A stretch of DNA of 35,583 bases from an uncultured virus (IMG/VR IMGVR_UViG_2061766007_002310). Lineage: Duplodnaviria; Heunggongvirae; Uroviricota; Caudoviricetes. Position numbers and translations under genes: made by a program. The notes below the pieces were generated by a model, which saw nothing but the letters and a program-made list of their open reading frames with translations, was not told where the DNA came from and ran no database searches. Each line of letters begins with the position of its first letter. Positions within the stretch are counted from its first letter, which is position 1. The stretch lies in the IMG/VR virus record IMGVR_UViG_2061766007_002310; one strand, given 5' to 3'. Positions 20,407-30,760 of the stretch are shown in pieces.

Positions 20407-22514
20407 CTATTTACTGAAGAACGTCGACAGTACTCGACCGAACCACTGGTACAGACGCTTGGAATTCTTGCCAGCTGCGGATATGTCGTTCAACGTATCA
20501 AAGTGGCGCACGTAGTGGACGCTACCAGGACCCCTATTGATATAGTTGACACTGAACTTTGCACCCTTGGTCATCGTCATAACGATGTCACGAGAAGCCA
20601 TCGAATACTTCACCACGAATTCTTCGCCTTGATAGGTAAACGTCCATGCTTCGCTAGGAATCGTGAGAATCTTGTCAACCATCGCTTTCGGCATGTCTGA
20701 CATGAGTTCGGCAAGAGATTCTTCCGGCGTAAGCGGCTTCTTCTCCGGAGTAATCTTGAAGGATTGGTTGACCTTCTGGACACGTGCCACGTCTTGTTCC
20801 CACACGTCGGCNNNNNNNNNNATCCGGAGTAATCTTGAATGATTGGTTGACCTTCTGGACACGTGCCACGTCTTGTTCCCACACGTCGGCAACCGTACAG
20901 TCGCCCTTGCCAGCACCGTTACCATCCTTGACCGTATCCCACAAGCTTGGCTTCATACCCATGATTAGCGTATTGCCAAGGTCAGCAGACGTATCATGGA
21001 ACCACTGCTTGTTATACTGGTCTTTTGGGAAGAACGGCTGACCCTTATTGGTCGGAGGAATAACTCCCTTCTTCTGCAGATCTTCGAACTGTTGCTTGAT
21101 TTTCGCACAATTATCCGAACTGTAGTCGAAACGTTCCTGGTTCCACTGGTTGAACTCAGGATTGTTCCACATGAAGTTGCTGATCATGGTCGGCTCGTTC
21201 ATCACCTTAGCGGCATCTGCAGCAGAGATGTTACCTTGTTCGTGAGCCTTGGACAAGTCATTAACGGTCTTTTCCGGATCGTAGTCAGTCATGGCTTCCA
21301 TCTGCTTTGTCTTCTTCTCCTCACGATACATGTTGAGCGACAGCATGAAATCCGGAACCTTGGCCAGCGTGTCTTGGATATCCTTCGGCAAGCGATCCCA
21401 CTTTTCGTAGAATTCATTCCAAGCGTCATGGGCAGCCTTCTGACGGTCGGCCTTCCAGTCGCCAGTCTTTCCTTCCATCTTGGCGGTCAGCTTCTCTGCG
21501 GCCAGCTTCGAATCTTCCTCGGCAGCTTCGAGTTCTTGTTCTCGTTTCCGGTTGATGGCACGTGTAGTGGCATCCTTGAACGCACTTTCGAGCCAAGGAG
21601 CCATTCCAATCATGAGGAGGCGCTGCTGTTCGTTCAAATGCGAGTACACATCGTCAATGACGTTCTGGCTTTCGGGTTCATCAAGATTATTCTGACCGAC
21701 TTGACGATACTGCATATATTCCAGAGCAGTCTTCGCAGTCCATTCGTCGGTACCAAGCTTCGGCTCATCATAGAGGCACTTGATGCAGTTGCCTTCACAG
21801 TCTGGCTTGCCGCATTTGCATTCAACCTTCGATACGATTTCATCACAAGCTTGTTCAAAAGCTGTCTTAACCGGGTTCGGCTCGATACCTTCGTCTGGAG
21901 CATCTTCTTCGCAGAAGTCGGTGCAAGAAGCTTCGTTGACCTCGTCAACATCTTCTTCGTCCAAGAACGCCTCGGTAGCTGCGTCGATCGTTTCCTTGGT
22001 GAGTGTCGGAATGTTTTCTTCATCTTCGGTGGACAATCCGTCAGCTTCCCTCATGTCGTTCAACATGTCGGTCATGTCGACGCCGCATTCGTCTGCAGCC
22101 TTTTCAAGGGCATCAATTTCAGAGGCTTTCTTGGCCTTGGCGGCTTCATCTTCCATCCACTNNNNNNNNNNTTTCCAGTTCTATGTCAGCAACTTGCTTC
22201 GGTGTCAACGACTTAGCAAACTGCTGGTACTGATTAGCAATATCAGTAGGATTTTCAGCATCGAGTGAAGAGTTATCAACTGACTTGGCGGCTTCCGTCT
22301 CAGAGACAAGCTGATCAAAGGCGTTCTGGCATTCCATTGTGNNNNNNNNNNATTTCTTTTCAAACAGCTTGTACTGATTCCGAATCTCAGCAATGCGTTC
22401 GGCAGTGGGTAAAACAGGCTTGGGCTCTTCCGTCTCAGAGACAAGCTGATCAAAGGCGTTCTGGCATTCCATTGTGGACAATGGACGAGAGGATTCTTCT
22501 GGGTAATTACACAT
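20407..22514 (-). CDS. Large acidic hypothetical protein (about 600+ aa) fragmented by three gaps
   Basis: Pieces 22352-22514, 22172-22341, 20822-22161 and 20407-20811 with duplicated overlaps; D/E-rich N-half; small Cys cluster CKCGKPDCEGNC. Confidence 0.6.
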
Positions 22515-22556
22515 TGTGGAGTATTCCTTTTATTGGTTTCCACAAGATAAATTATC

Positions 22557-22847
22557 CTATTTCTTGAATTTGTGGAACAAGTACAGAATCCAGCAGCAAC
22601 AGCAGAAAGCAAATCCGTAGTTGCCATACAACGGATACTGCCATACACCAGTGGTGAGGTTGTTGTCGAGTACGAACATGCCGCAGCACAAGTTCGCACA
22701 GAAGGATATCAGTACAAACAGCAAAGAAGTCCCTTCTGTGGACTTCTGCTGATAGATTTTGACTATGATTGGTACGTTGACAATAGCGAAAAGGAATGAT
22801 CCCAAAACGCCGAGGAACGGTGCGATTGAATGGAGAAAGCCTTGCAT
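22557..22847 (-). CDS. PQ-loop / SemiSWEET-like three-helix membrane protein
   Basis: LGVLGSFLFAIVNVPIIVKIYQQKSTEGTS fits the PQ-loop pattern (PQxxKxxxxKSxxGxS, here PI); PLYGNY in helix 3. Confidence 0.7.
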   Translation of the reverse strand: MQGFLHSIAPFLGVLGSFLFAIVNVPIIVKIYQQKSTEGTSLLFVLISFCANLCCGMFVLDNNLTTGVWQYPLYGNYGFAFCCCCWILYLFHKFKK

Positions 22848-22856
22848 GCCAACAGT

Positions 22857-23027
22857 TTAGTAGTAATGATATTGCACGTCACCGCACATGACGGTAGAAT
22901 CCGCATCCATGTGGACGCAGTTTTCCGTAGGGTCGGCACCAGCCGACAGTTCGGAACAAGAAATGACGAATACCGCCAGCAGAACGCCAACGATAATCGT
23001 CAATACAGTTTCTTTAGCGGTAAGCAT
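22857..23027 (-). CDS. Small putative lipoprotein (56 aa)
   Basis: [30 protein letters not shown]...; lipobox-like VISC; TAATG overlap with the dUTPase stop; absent from the ORF track. Confidence 0.55.
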   Translation of the reverse strand: MLTAKETVLTIIVGVLLAVFVISCSELSAGADPTENCVHMDADSTVMCGDVQYHYY

Positions 23028-23936
23028 TACTTCGTACCGGTTGAACCGAAACCGCCACGGTCTTCGGCAGTCATCTTGCCTTCGGTGAAGCGGATCTTCG
23101 GCTGCACTTCCATGATACGGAACTGGCAGATGCGTTCGCCACGCTTGATCTCGGTATCACGAGTAGCGAATGCAGGGAAACGCCACCAGTCGGTCGGGCC
23201 GCAGTATGTGTCATCGACAACGCCGACGGAGTTAGCTTGCAACACGCCGAACTTCTTGAGTGTGGACGAACGAGGCGCAAGGTGTCCTTCGTAGCCTTCC
23301 GGAAGCTTCATAGCCACNNNNNNNNNNATCGGTCGGGCCGCAGTAGGTATCGTCGACAACGCCAACGGAGTTAGCTTGCAGCACACCGAACTTCTTGAGA
23401 GTGGAAGAACGAGGCGCAAGGTGTCCTTCGTAGCCTTCCGGAAGCTTCATAGCCACGCCGAGGTTGATCAGCTTGAGCTCGCCAGCCTTGATGGTCACGT
23501 CCTCGTCGGCGGCCATGTCGATCCAGTTGCCCTTTGCGATGGCCTTGAGACGGTAAGTGTCCTCGTGCTGGTACTGTACGATAATTTCGAGTGCGTCGTT
23601 GTCCTGAATGTTGTTTTCTTCCATGAGGATGTCCTTGAAATCAAAGATGTCCTTATCGGTAACGAGTTTCTTTACACCATGAGATTCAGTAAGTCCCCAC
23701 AAGTACTGTCTATCGTCCACGGTGTCTCGTTGGTAAGTCAAGTCGCCGACGTGTTTTGAATAGCCGTTCGGCTGGTCGATCCAGAGTTCGGTCGTCATCG
23801 AAAGTGAATTGTATTCCGGATGGATGCCGACGGAAGATAGTACGGTGCAAGTGGTTTCTAGCGGATTCGGCATTTCGTAGTGGTCTTTGAGTGTCACACT
23901 AACGCCAATGCCGGAGTTCTGTTTGGTTACTCCCAT
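23027..23936 (-). CDS. dut: Trimeric dUTPase with an ~115-aa N-terminal extra domain (internal duplication at the 23318 gap)
   Basis: Motifs [26 protein letters not shown] and RGGFGSTG. Confidence 0.9.
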
Positions 23937-23962
23937 TAGAGTTCTCGTGATAAGTTAGCCAT

Positions 23963-23996
23963 AATATAGCAAAAAGGGATTTGACATGCAAATCCC
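23963..23996 (-). promoter_or_regulatory. Composite terminator and sigma70-like promoter upstream of dut
   Basis: GGGATTTG/CAAATCCC hairpin plus TTTTT; TTGCAT(23991-23986)-N17-TATATT(23968-23963). Confidence 0.65.
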
Positions 23997-24002
23997 ATGT
24001 TA

Positions 24003-25070
24003 TTATTCACCTTTAGTTTTTACAATAATACCATTCTGCTTTATAAACGACCCTCGATTAGTTATTTTATCCACCAGTACAATCTTCACATTATTTTGAC
24101 GCATACACTCATATTTTGCTTGCGCTAATGCATCATAGTTTCTATTATATGGATTAATCATATGAGTATTCGGATCAGATAAATTAATATCGCTTGCATT
24201 GTTCTGACCAAAGAAATGGACACCTTTTAATTCTACATAGTCATCACCGACCTTAAAATCTGGATAATAATAGTGTCGTATACTATTATATTCGTATGTA
24301 AAATGTATATGAGGATGATACTCAAATGACTCACCACTATCACGAAGTTTCATATAAAATTGTATCTCTGGGAGCGAATCAAACCAAATATCATCATATT
24401 TATACTTTTTCTTAGCTTTATCAAGTATTGATTGTACATGTTGAGGTATGGTCGTTCCATAACGATCAAATAACGTCGATTTATATTTTTCAGCAATATC
24501 TTCGACGGCATAACCAATTCCACCATATTTTTCAATTAATGAATCAAAAAACTGTTGCTTTAATATTGGTGATTGCATATTATGGGACACATTATACTTG
24601 TCCATCATAGTATCTTGTTGTTTCTTACGTAATTCTGCACTTTCGAAGCCGACACCACCATATCGTTGTACGGTTGTCGTCCTAATTTTTTCTTTTACGG
24701 ATTCTAACTTACCAAAATGATCTACCCCATATTTTTGTATACACGTATTTTTTAATGATTCCTTCCATTCTTTTGTTTGAGAATTAAACGCAACACCATA
24801 TCGTTCTATGTTAGTTTGTTTCATTTTCTCAATAAATTGAGGATCATCATATCGATGCCGCATACTACATGATTTACACATCACTGGAAATGATTTCATT
24901 GACCTTAGCATCAATGTTTTAATTTCTTTACATTCACAGCATACAAACGAAAGATGCTTGTATCCGTTAGCCTTCTTAGGTCTAGCGGATTTCCAAGCAT
25001 CAAAATCCTCTTGCGAGGCAATATCAATAACACTTGACGAATTTGACGAAGTATTCTCGATTGGCATCAT
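24003..25070 (-). CDS. Free-standing homing-type endonuclease: Zn ribbon, (E/K)(R/K)YG helical repeats and a C-terminal PD-(D/E)XK nuclease
   Basis: CCECK...CKSC; six repeats (KQTNIERYGV, KNTCIQKYGV, TTVQRYGG, TMMDKYNV, SLIEKYGG, TLFDRYGT); FDSLPE...YYPDFKVGDDYVELKG; strongly AT-rich. Confidence 0.75.
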   Translation of the reverse strand: MMPIENTSSNSSSVIDIASQEDFDAWKSARPKKANGYKHLSFVCCECKEIKTLMLRSMKSFPVMCKSCSMRHRYDDPQFIEKMKQTNIERYGVAFNSQTKEWKESLKNTCIQKYGVDHFGKLESVKEKIRTTTVQRYGGVGFESAELRKKQQDTMMDKYNVSHNMQSPILKQQFFDSLIEKYGGIGYAVEDIAEKYKSTLFDRYGTTIPQHVQSILDKAKKKYKYDDIWFDSLPEIQFYMKLRDSGESFEYHPHIHFTYEYNSIRHYYYPDFKVGDDYVELKGVHFFGQNNASDINLSDPNTHMINPYNRNYDALAQAKYECMRQNNVKIVLVDKITNRGSFIKQNGIIVKTKGE

Positions 25071-25896
25071 AATAGTCTTGCCATATTTTTGTGACTAATT
25101 CAAGGGTATCATCATCGGTTTTATCCATTTTGATTTTATTTTTGTGCTTTGGTGACGCAATCGCAACATTTTCAGCACCGATATCCGCAATAACTTCGTA
25201 ATCATTACTTTTACCAGCACGTGCGATCCATTCACTCATAAAATACGACGCCCAACCCAATAAAGTTTGATTACCAGTTAACGTATTTGGCGTATCCATT
25301 CCAGTATTAAATGACAGTATGCGAAGCTTACCTACATACTCAGAACGTTTAAGGCCAGCATTCAATACAGCAATAGGGCTATTCGCCCAGCAACCACCAT
25401 CAATATACGTATTACCGTTAGTTTCAACCACATCAAAGTATGTTGGTGCGGCTGCGCTTGATAGCAAAGCTAGACTTTTCTTGACTTTCTTGTCGCCCAA
25501 GTCCCAAACCTTTTCCACGCTCTCGCCGTTGGTGTGCGTAGTGGGGATAAAGATGGGCTTCTTCCAGTCGCCCACGTATCCACGGAACTTCTTCTCAAGG
25601 AGTTCCTTGAGGTAGGAGTTGTCGTAGGTAGGGCACGACGGCTGCAGACGCTTGTACCAGGAATACTTGGTGAAGATTTTCTTCAAGTTCTCACGGTACA
25701 GCTTGTAGAGGTCATGTGCGGAATATCCTTCGTCGAGGCCACCGGCAATGATTGCTCCAGTGGACGTACCGGCAAAGGCCACGGCGATATTGCCGAGTTC
25801 CTTGCCGACATCTTGTTCAAGACGTTCCATGAAGGCGAGAGGCCCGATACCGAGCGCACCGCCGCCATTGATACTGATAGCTAAGTAGGGTCTCAT
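25024..25896 (-). CDS. Patatin-like phospholipase
   Basis: GGGALG oxyanion loop, GTSTG nucleophile elbow, SAAAPTYF and the catalytic DGG (IDGGCWANSP). Confidence 0.92.
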   Translation of the reverse strand: MRPYLAISINGGGALGIGPLAFMERLEQDVGKELGNIAVAFAGTSTGAIIAGGLDEGYSAHDLYKLYRENLKKIFTKYSWYKRLQPSCPTYDNSYLKELLEKKFRGYVGDWKKPIFIPTTHTNGESVEKVWDLGDKKVKKSLALLSSAAAPTYFDVVETNGNTYIDGGCWANSPIAVLNAGLKRSEYVGKLRILSFNTGMDTPNTLTGNQTLLGWASYFMSEWIARAGKSNDYEVIADIGAENVAIASPKHKNKIKMDKTDDDTLELVTKIWQDYYDANREYFVKFVKCY

Positions 25897-25905
25897 ACAC
25901 GTCCT

Positions 25906-26430
25906 TCAATAACTTGGTCTGCATCGCCGCCATAGCGGACTTGGCAGATTCTGTCCAAGGTNNNNNNNNNNCTTTTTGCATTCCGCTTGGACTTCTGGGT
26001 CATTGTCATTACGCACGTTACTAATGATCTTACCAGAATTAAACCATTCACTTACTTTTTCAAAATTTCCGCCGCTAGTCAGATATGCCAAGGCCGCATA
26101 ACGTATCGCACGTTCTTTCTGTCTCGGATTCAGCTTGGAGGTAACAGGAGATGTTTCTACAAGTTGAGTAATCTTTGACGCAGCGAGATGATCATTGGCG
26201 ATCCTTGCCTTCTCGGTATCCGAGGTATCTACTGTCTGCGTAGGATTCGAGTTAAAATTGACACGTTTCCACTCATCTTCGACAATAGACCCAGGAATAG
26301 GATCAGCGGCCAAGATATCATTAAACTCGGATTCGAACAGCACGTCAGCAATCTGCTTGACGGATTCGCAAATAGGGGATCCACTGATTTCGGCGTCGAT
26401 AACTTCATCGACAGATTTCATATTAGCCAT
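25906..26430 (-). CDS. Hypothetical protein, possibly late/virion-associated (gap near 3' end)
   Basis: GAGG SD; TATAAACT at 26467-26460; acidic N-terminus with ICES/LFES motifs. Confidence 0.6.
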   Translation of the reverse strand: MANMKSVDEVIDAEISGSPICESVKQIADVLFESEFNDILAADPIPGSIVEDEWKRVNFNSNPTQTVDTSDTEKARIANDHLAASKITQLVETSPVTSKLNPRQKERAIRYAALAYLTSGGNFEKVSEWFNSGKIISNVRNDNDPEVQAECKKXXXXLGQNLPSPLWRRCRPSY

Positions 26431-26508
26431 TGTTTCCTCGTCTAGGAATCTTTACGGATAGTTTATAAGTTGCTATATTATTGATCGAACCTTAACAAGG
26501 AGTCCCCT

Positions 26509-26709
26509 ATGCAGTTCGAAATCACACTCACCAAGACTTGCAAGTTCTTCGTCCCGGACAACGCAACCGACGAGGAATACGACGCCATGAAGGAAATCGT
26601 CATCGCTGGCATGGCCACCAACAAGGTCACGCCGGACACCATCAAGGTCAAGCGCATCGACATAACTGAACCCCAGCAGCCCTACGAACGCAACAAGGAC
26701 TGCGATTAA
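26509..26709 (+). CDS. Small hypothetical protein
   Basis: AAGGAG SD; TGCTATATT -10 at 26471-26479. Confidence 0.7.
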   Translation: MQFEITLTKTCKFFVPDNATDEEYDAMKEIVIAGMATNKVTPDTIKVKRIDITEPQQPYERNKDCD

Positions 26710-26724
26710 TGTAATTTCGTAGGT

Positions 26725-27369
26725 ATGGAACTATCTGCTGGTTTTATCATCATTGACAAGGGCACGCACAAGGTGCTCGGAGGACATCCGACCGGACGTC
26801 CCTATACCTACAATTACGCTTACGACATTCCGAAGGGTCACATCGAGGACGGAGAGACGCCTCTCGACGCTGCGAAACGTGAACTGAAGGAAGAGACCGG
26901 ACTCGTCTTGCCGGACGACCAAGACATTCACGAGATCGGCCACGTCGCCTACAACTCGAAGAAGTCTCTGCACCTCTTCTCGACCGAGCTGGACATCGAC
27001 CTCAAGAAGCTGCACTGCGACTCGACGTTCGTTGACTCGTTCGGCAACGTGAAGCCGGAAGTCGACCACTTCATCCTCACAGACCGCTGCGACCAGTTCT
27101 TCATGAATATGCGTAGGCACATCATGCGTGAGCTGCAGCGACGCTACAAGGTGAGGCTCGTACAGATTGTATACGATGGCATTCCATTTGATAACTACCT
27201 TCCCACTGGTAGGTTCAACCGTATACAGACCCGTCTTCTTGACGCATACGACCGTGGCACGTACAGACCATACGGCGANNNNNNNNNNGCTTCATATGAG
27301 AAACCAGAAGTTCCCGTTCGAGTTATTCGACTTCGACGACTGGGTATCGGTGGAATTGTCGTAAAATAA
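26725..27369 (+). CDS. Nudix hydrolase (T4 NudE-like) with C-terminal extension; true 3' frame uncertain across the gap
   Basis: Complete Nudix box GHIEDGETPLDAAKRELKEETGL; SAGFII...YDIPKG resembles T4 NudE. Confidence 0.88.
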   Translation: MELSAGFIIIDKGTHKVLGGHPTGRPYTYNYAYDIPKGHIEDGETPLDAAKRELKEETGLVLPDDQDIHEIGHVAYNSKKSLHLFSTELDIDLKKLHCDSTFVDSFGNVKPEVDHFILTDRCDQFFMNMRRHIMRELQRRYKVRLVQIVYDGIPFDNYLPTGRFNRIQTRLLDAYDRGTYRPYGXXXXASYEKPEVPVRVIRLRRLGIGGIVVK

Positions 27370-27386
27370 CAAAAATTATAAAGTAC

Positions 27387-27415
27387 TTGACAGAACTATA
27401 GTTTTGTGCTATATT
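27387..27415 (+). promoter_or_regulatory. Near-consensus sigma70 promoter
   Basis: TTGACA(27387-27392)-N17-TATATT(27410-27415), TG extension and an A-rich UP element. Confidence 0.8.
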
Positions 27416-27437
27416 TAAGACATATAGAGGTCGAGAT

Positions 27438-28617
27438 ATGCACAAAAAGAAAAATACCTGGGCAAAAGCCATCCAAGCCAAGCAAATCTTCAGCAAATAC
27501 GCTTATATCCCTACGACGGACAATCCGGTACTTTGCCAGCTGTATCTGGTCATGCAGAAAGCCATTGAGTATGCAGCTAACTTATATAATCGCCCAGACT
27601 ACACCAAAACCTTTGAAAAAATGCAAGATGTCATACGCCAAACTAAATCAGACAATGGCGATGACATGCTTCACCAACTGTTGGAATTTGAATCAGATAT
27701 ACTAGACAAGAAGATTACCGATACCGACATTATGGCGAATACCATTAATAATTCGCCCAAATACAGTCCTAAAACATTTCGAATGGCAATGACGTTATTG
27801 TCTGGTGAGTTAGAAAATACCAATGACGATTTTGATGGTTATATAGGCGAACAATTTCTTGCTATGGCAAGTCGCGTATTTATCATTCCGTACAATACAT
27901 GTATGTATTCTAGAATATCGGAAGAAGCCGTCGATTACCTAGTGTCTCTTGGAAATCCATCAAAAGATTTGTGGGAATCCTTCCTCGATTACTTACAATT
28001 GATGTCGTCTGAATCGCATAACGGCAACTACGAAGAAGTTATCACATTCGATATCAATGGTCAACCTAATGCCATATACTATGGATTTAGACATAATTTT
28101 GTCTATAGATTTCATTATACGGTAAAACATATCGAGATGAATATTCTCCAAAAATCTGGTTACGACAAGATTTTCTCTATGAANNNNNNNNNNNNNNNNN
28201 NNNNNNCAATATTTTGACGTCGAACAAGGTGATGTAGCCGAGCTAGACATCAACGATTGGTCATTTATTGTCAATCTCTGGGCTGCCAAGCAGCATAATG
28301 ATTTCGTGGTAGGAAATGAGCTCCAATCCAACCAGTCTACAGTTGCCGAGCAAGTAAATGCCATATGCAAGAAGCCGAACTGGTCAAAATACAGTTACGT
28401 GCATATATCAGACGCTGGCCGAGAAGCGTTTAACGAAGCCAAGCAGATTATCGCAACTTATCGTGGCAATGCCGAATACAAGAAGACCATGTGGTACACG
28501 AGAGCCTACTATGCCCGACGTGGCAAGAACGGACTTATCGTACTGAATAAGGCGTCAATCCACCACCGAAAGTGCGCTACCCCGTCTGAGGGAACCAATA
28601 TAACGGTCTATACATAG
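27438..28617 (+). CDS. AT-rich hypothetical protein, probably one gene across the 28184-28206 gap
   Basis: GAGG SD; MHKKKNTWAK... continues after the gap as NIFDVEQGDVAELDINDW...NITVYT*. Confidence 0.6.
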
Positions 28618-29032
28618 TTAAACTATGTCATGCTCTTCTTTCTGGACAATTCCAAGATGCATTGCTTGAGGGACGTTGAANNNNNNNNNNGGCAGCCGTG
28701 TACGCCTCGTTCTCGTCCAGTCCGTCATATCGGGCACAGTGAGACATGAAGCGAGTACTCGGATATGCAGTGCGTTCCTTGCCAGCGCAGAAAATAAAGA
28801 ATGACATCGAATATAGTTTGCCATTCCCGACCGTATGGACTACCAAGCCTTTGTCTTGTAGAATACGGATAGCGTCAATGAGCCGGAACCCTTCCTCTAT
28901 GGATCCGCCGTCGCTGTCGATCAGCAAGGTCACCTTGTCCACGTTATGGGACATCCTACCAAGCTTCTCGATGACCTCGGAAACGTTCTCATCGTCAATA
29001 TCCCCTACTAGTCGAATAACCGGTTCCGCCAT
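28618..29032 (-). CDS. clpP: ClpP-like serine protease (middle lost at the 28681 gap)
   Basis: IRLVGDID...LLIDSDGGSIEEG...LYSMS (catalytic Ser)...RFMSH (catalytic His); C-terminal FNVPQAMHLGIVQ piece at 28618-28680. Confidence 0.82.
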
Positions 29033-29347
29033 ACCAAACCTCCTACTAAGGAGCTTATGGGAACGGCCCCGACCGGAATGCCCAGTCAGAGCCGTATTTT
29101 GAAAAGTGGCGTTTTTAAGATAAAAACGGCAATTATTCAGTCAGAAGCTTGCTCACTGCAAATACAAATTCGTTCTCGGCCTCCACAAGCTCGCCGTCGT
29201 TCGTAATCATTGCGTCCCAAGGTTTCCTGGCCTCGAAGCAGTTGAACTGTCCGTCCTCGTCGGCNNNNNNNNNNAGCGGCTGTATAAGCCTCGTTCTCGT
29301 CCAGTCCGTCATATCGGGCACAGTGAGACATGAAGCGNNNNNNNNNN

Positions 29348-29740
29348 GTGGTCGTTCCATCCGTACTTTTCCTCACCGACCTCGGTGATTTCGGATTCCT
29401 TGACCTTGATGGACGGTTCAAGCGCAACCTCGGTAGTCGTCACGGTCTTTTCAGTGACCTTGAATATCTGCACGGCAGTCGCCTCGTCCATGCTCCATTC
29501 GCCTCGATCAATGTCTAAGGCAAGCGTATTATGAAGAAACTCCAGCAAGGTTTCCTTAGTCGCATAGCCATGCACCACATCTTCTGGTCTAGTCGACCAG
29601 CCGTAGTCACTAGGAATTCCACGGCGAGCTGTCTTGCCGAACCAGAAATAGAGGTCGCCAGTGCCGCTCTCGTTGCCACTTGCTGGCAACATTGCGTAAT
29701 AGAACTCTTCGACAGTTTCCTTAACCTTCGATGTCGCCAT
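29348..29740 (-). CDS. Hypothetical protein, found after gmk in only one haplotype; 3' end in gap
   Basis: MATSKVKETVEEFYYAML...; AGGAG SD within the gmk 3' end. Confidence 0.6.
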
Positions 29741-30459
29741 CTTTATCTCCTGATAGAAGTTTGCTCACTGCAAATACAAATTCGTTCTCGGCTTCCACAA
29801 GCTCGCCGTCGTTCGTAATAACCGCATCCCAAGGTTTCCTGGCCTCGAAGCAGTTGAACTGTCCGTCCTCGTCGGCACTGCGCTTGTCCCACGTGGTGGT
29901 GTCGCCATTGCGAGCGTTCGCACGTTCACGGCGGATCTCGTCGCTAGTCTTGACATAGATCACCTTCATATTGAAGTCGCCATTGAACTTGCTGCAGAAG
30001 TCGTAGCCGTTAGGGTCGATCGTGTAGAAGATNNNNNNNNNNGTTGCGAGCGTTCGCACGTTCACGGCGGATCTCGTCGCTGGTCTTGACATAGATCACC
30101 TTCATGTTGAAGTCGCCCTTGAACTTGCTGCAGAAGTCGTAGCCGTTAGGGTCGATCGTGTAGAAGATGGTGTCGCCGTCGAGACGGTTGAGCATTTCAA
30201 CGGTAGAGCAGTAACGGAACCCGGTGTCACCGATCTTCGTGTAGGCGAACACGTTTTCCTTGGCCAGCACCTCATCGAACATGTCCTTCGTGAGGAACGT
30301 ATGCTCTACGCCGTCTGTTTCAGTGGGTCGCATCGGCCTATCCGTATAGGAAGGCACCGACACTATTTTGTACACGTCCTTGAACACTTCCTTGGCGTGG
30401 CGGATCAGGGTATCCTTGCCAGAGCCAGAGCGTCCAATAACCAAAATAAGATTCTTCAT
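29721..30459 (-). CDS. gmk: Guanylate kinase-like protein (internal duplication at the 30033 gap; alternative 3' end at 29133-29264)
   Basis: P-loop GRSGSGKDT; SYTDRPMRPTETDGVEHTF is the GMP-binding signature. Confidence 0.88.
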
Positions 30460-30499
30460 GTTAATCCCAATCTCCGGGTTCGTTGTGAGAGGTTCCAAG

Positions 30500-30760
30500 C
30501 CAAGCACGCTTGCTCGGACTCTGCCTCATAAAAGGTATATAAAAGTATAGACGGAATTGTCTATGACTTAAATATAACAATTTATGGTTGCGTTAACAAC
30601 TTGGTTCCATAGACGATTGAAGAAATCGTCCACCATAGCCGCCCTACCGTCTCTGGTAAGTAAGCGATGAGCATCAACCTCGGTAGTTTCACCAGTTCCC
30701 GAAAGGGAAGAGGCCAGAGCTACCAAGTCCGCTGGCGTGAATTTCCGACGGGCAATGTCG
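30500..30760 (-). ncRNA. Putative TnpB omega/reRNA scaffold plus guide (5' boundary approximate)
   Basis: Inferred from the established location of TnpB guide RNAs over the ORF 3' end and right end; terminal hairpin ATAGAC-AATTCC-GTCTAT; the guide would start at 30520 (AGTCCGAGCAAGCGTG). Confidence 0.5.

Noticed and set aside
20996..22268. Long + strand ORFs opposite real genes (also 1843-2433, 2877-3551, 9427-10191, 31252-31926)
   Set aside because: Antisense shadows of GC3-rich coding sequence, with no motifs or translation signals.
25024..25896. CBASS operon
   Set aside because: No CD-NTase, Cap2/Cap3 or other CBASS gene nearby.
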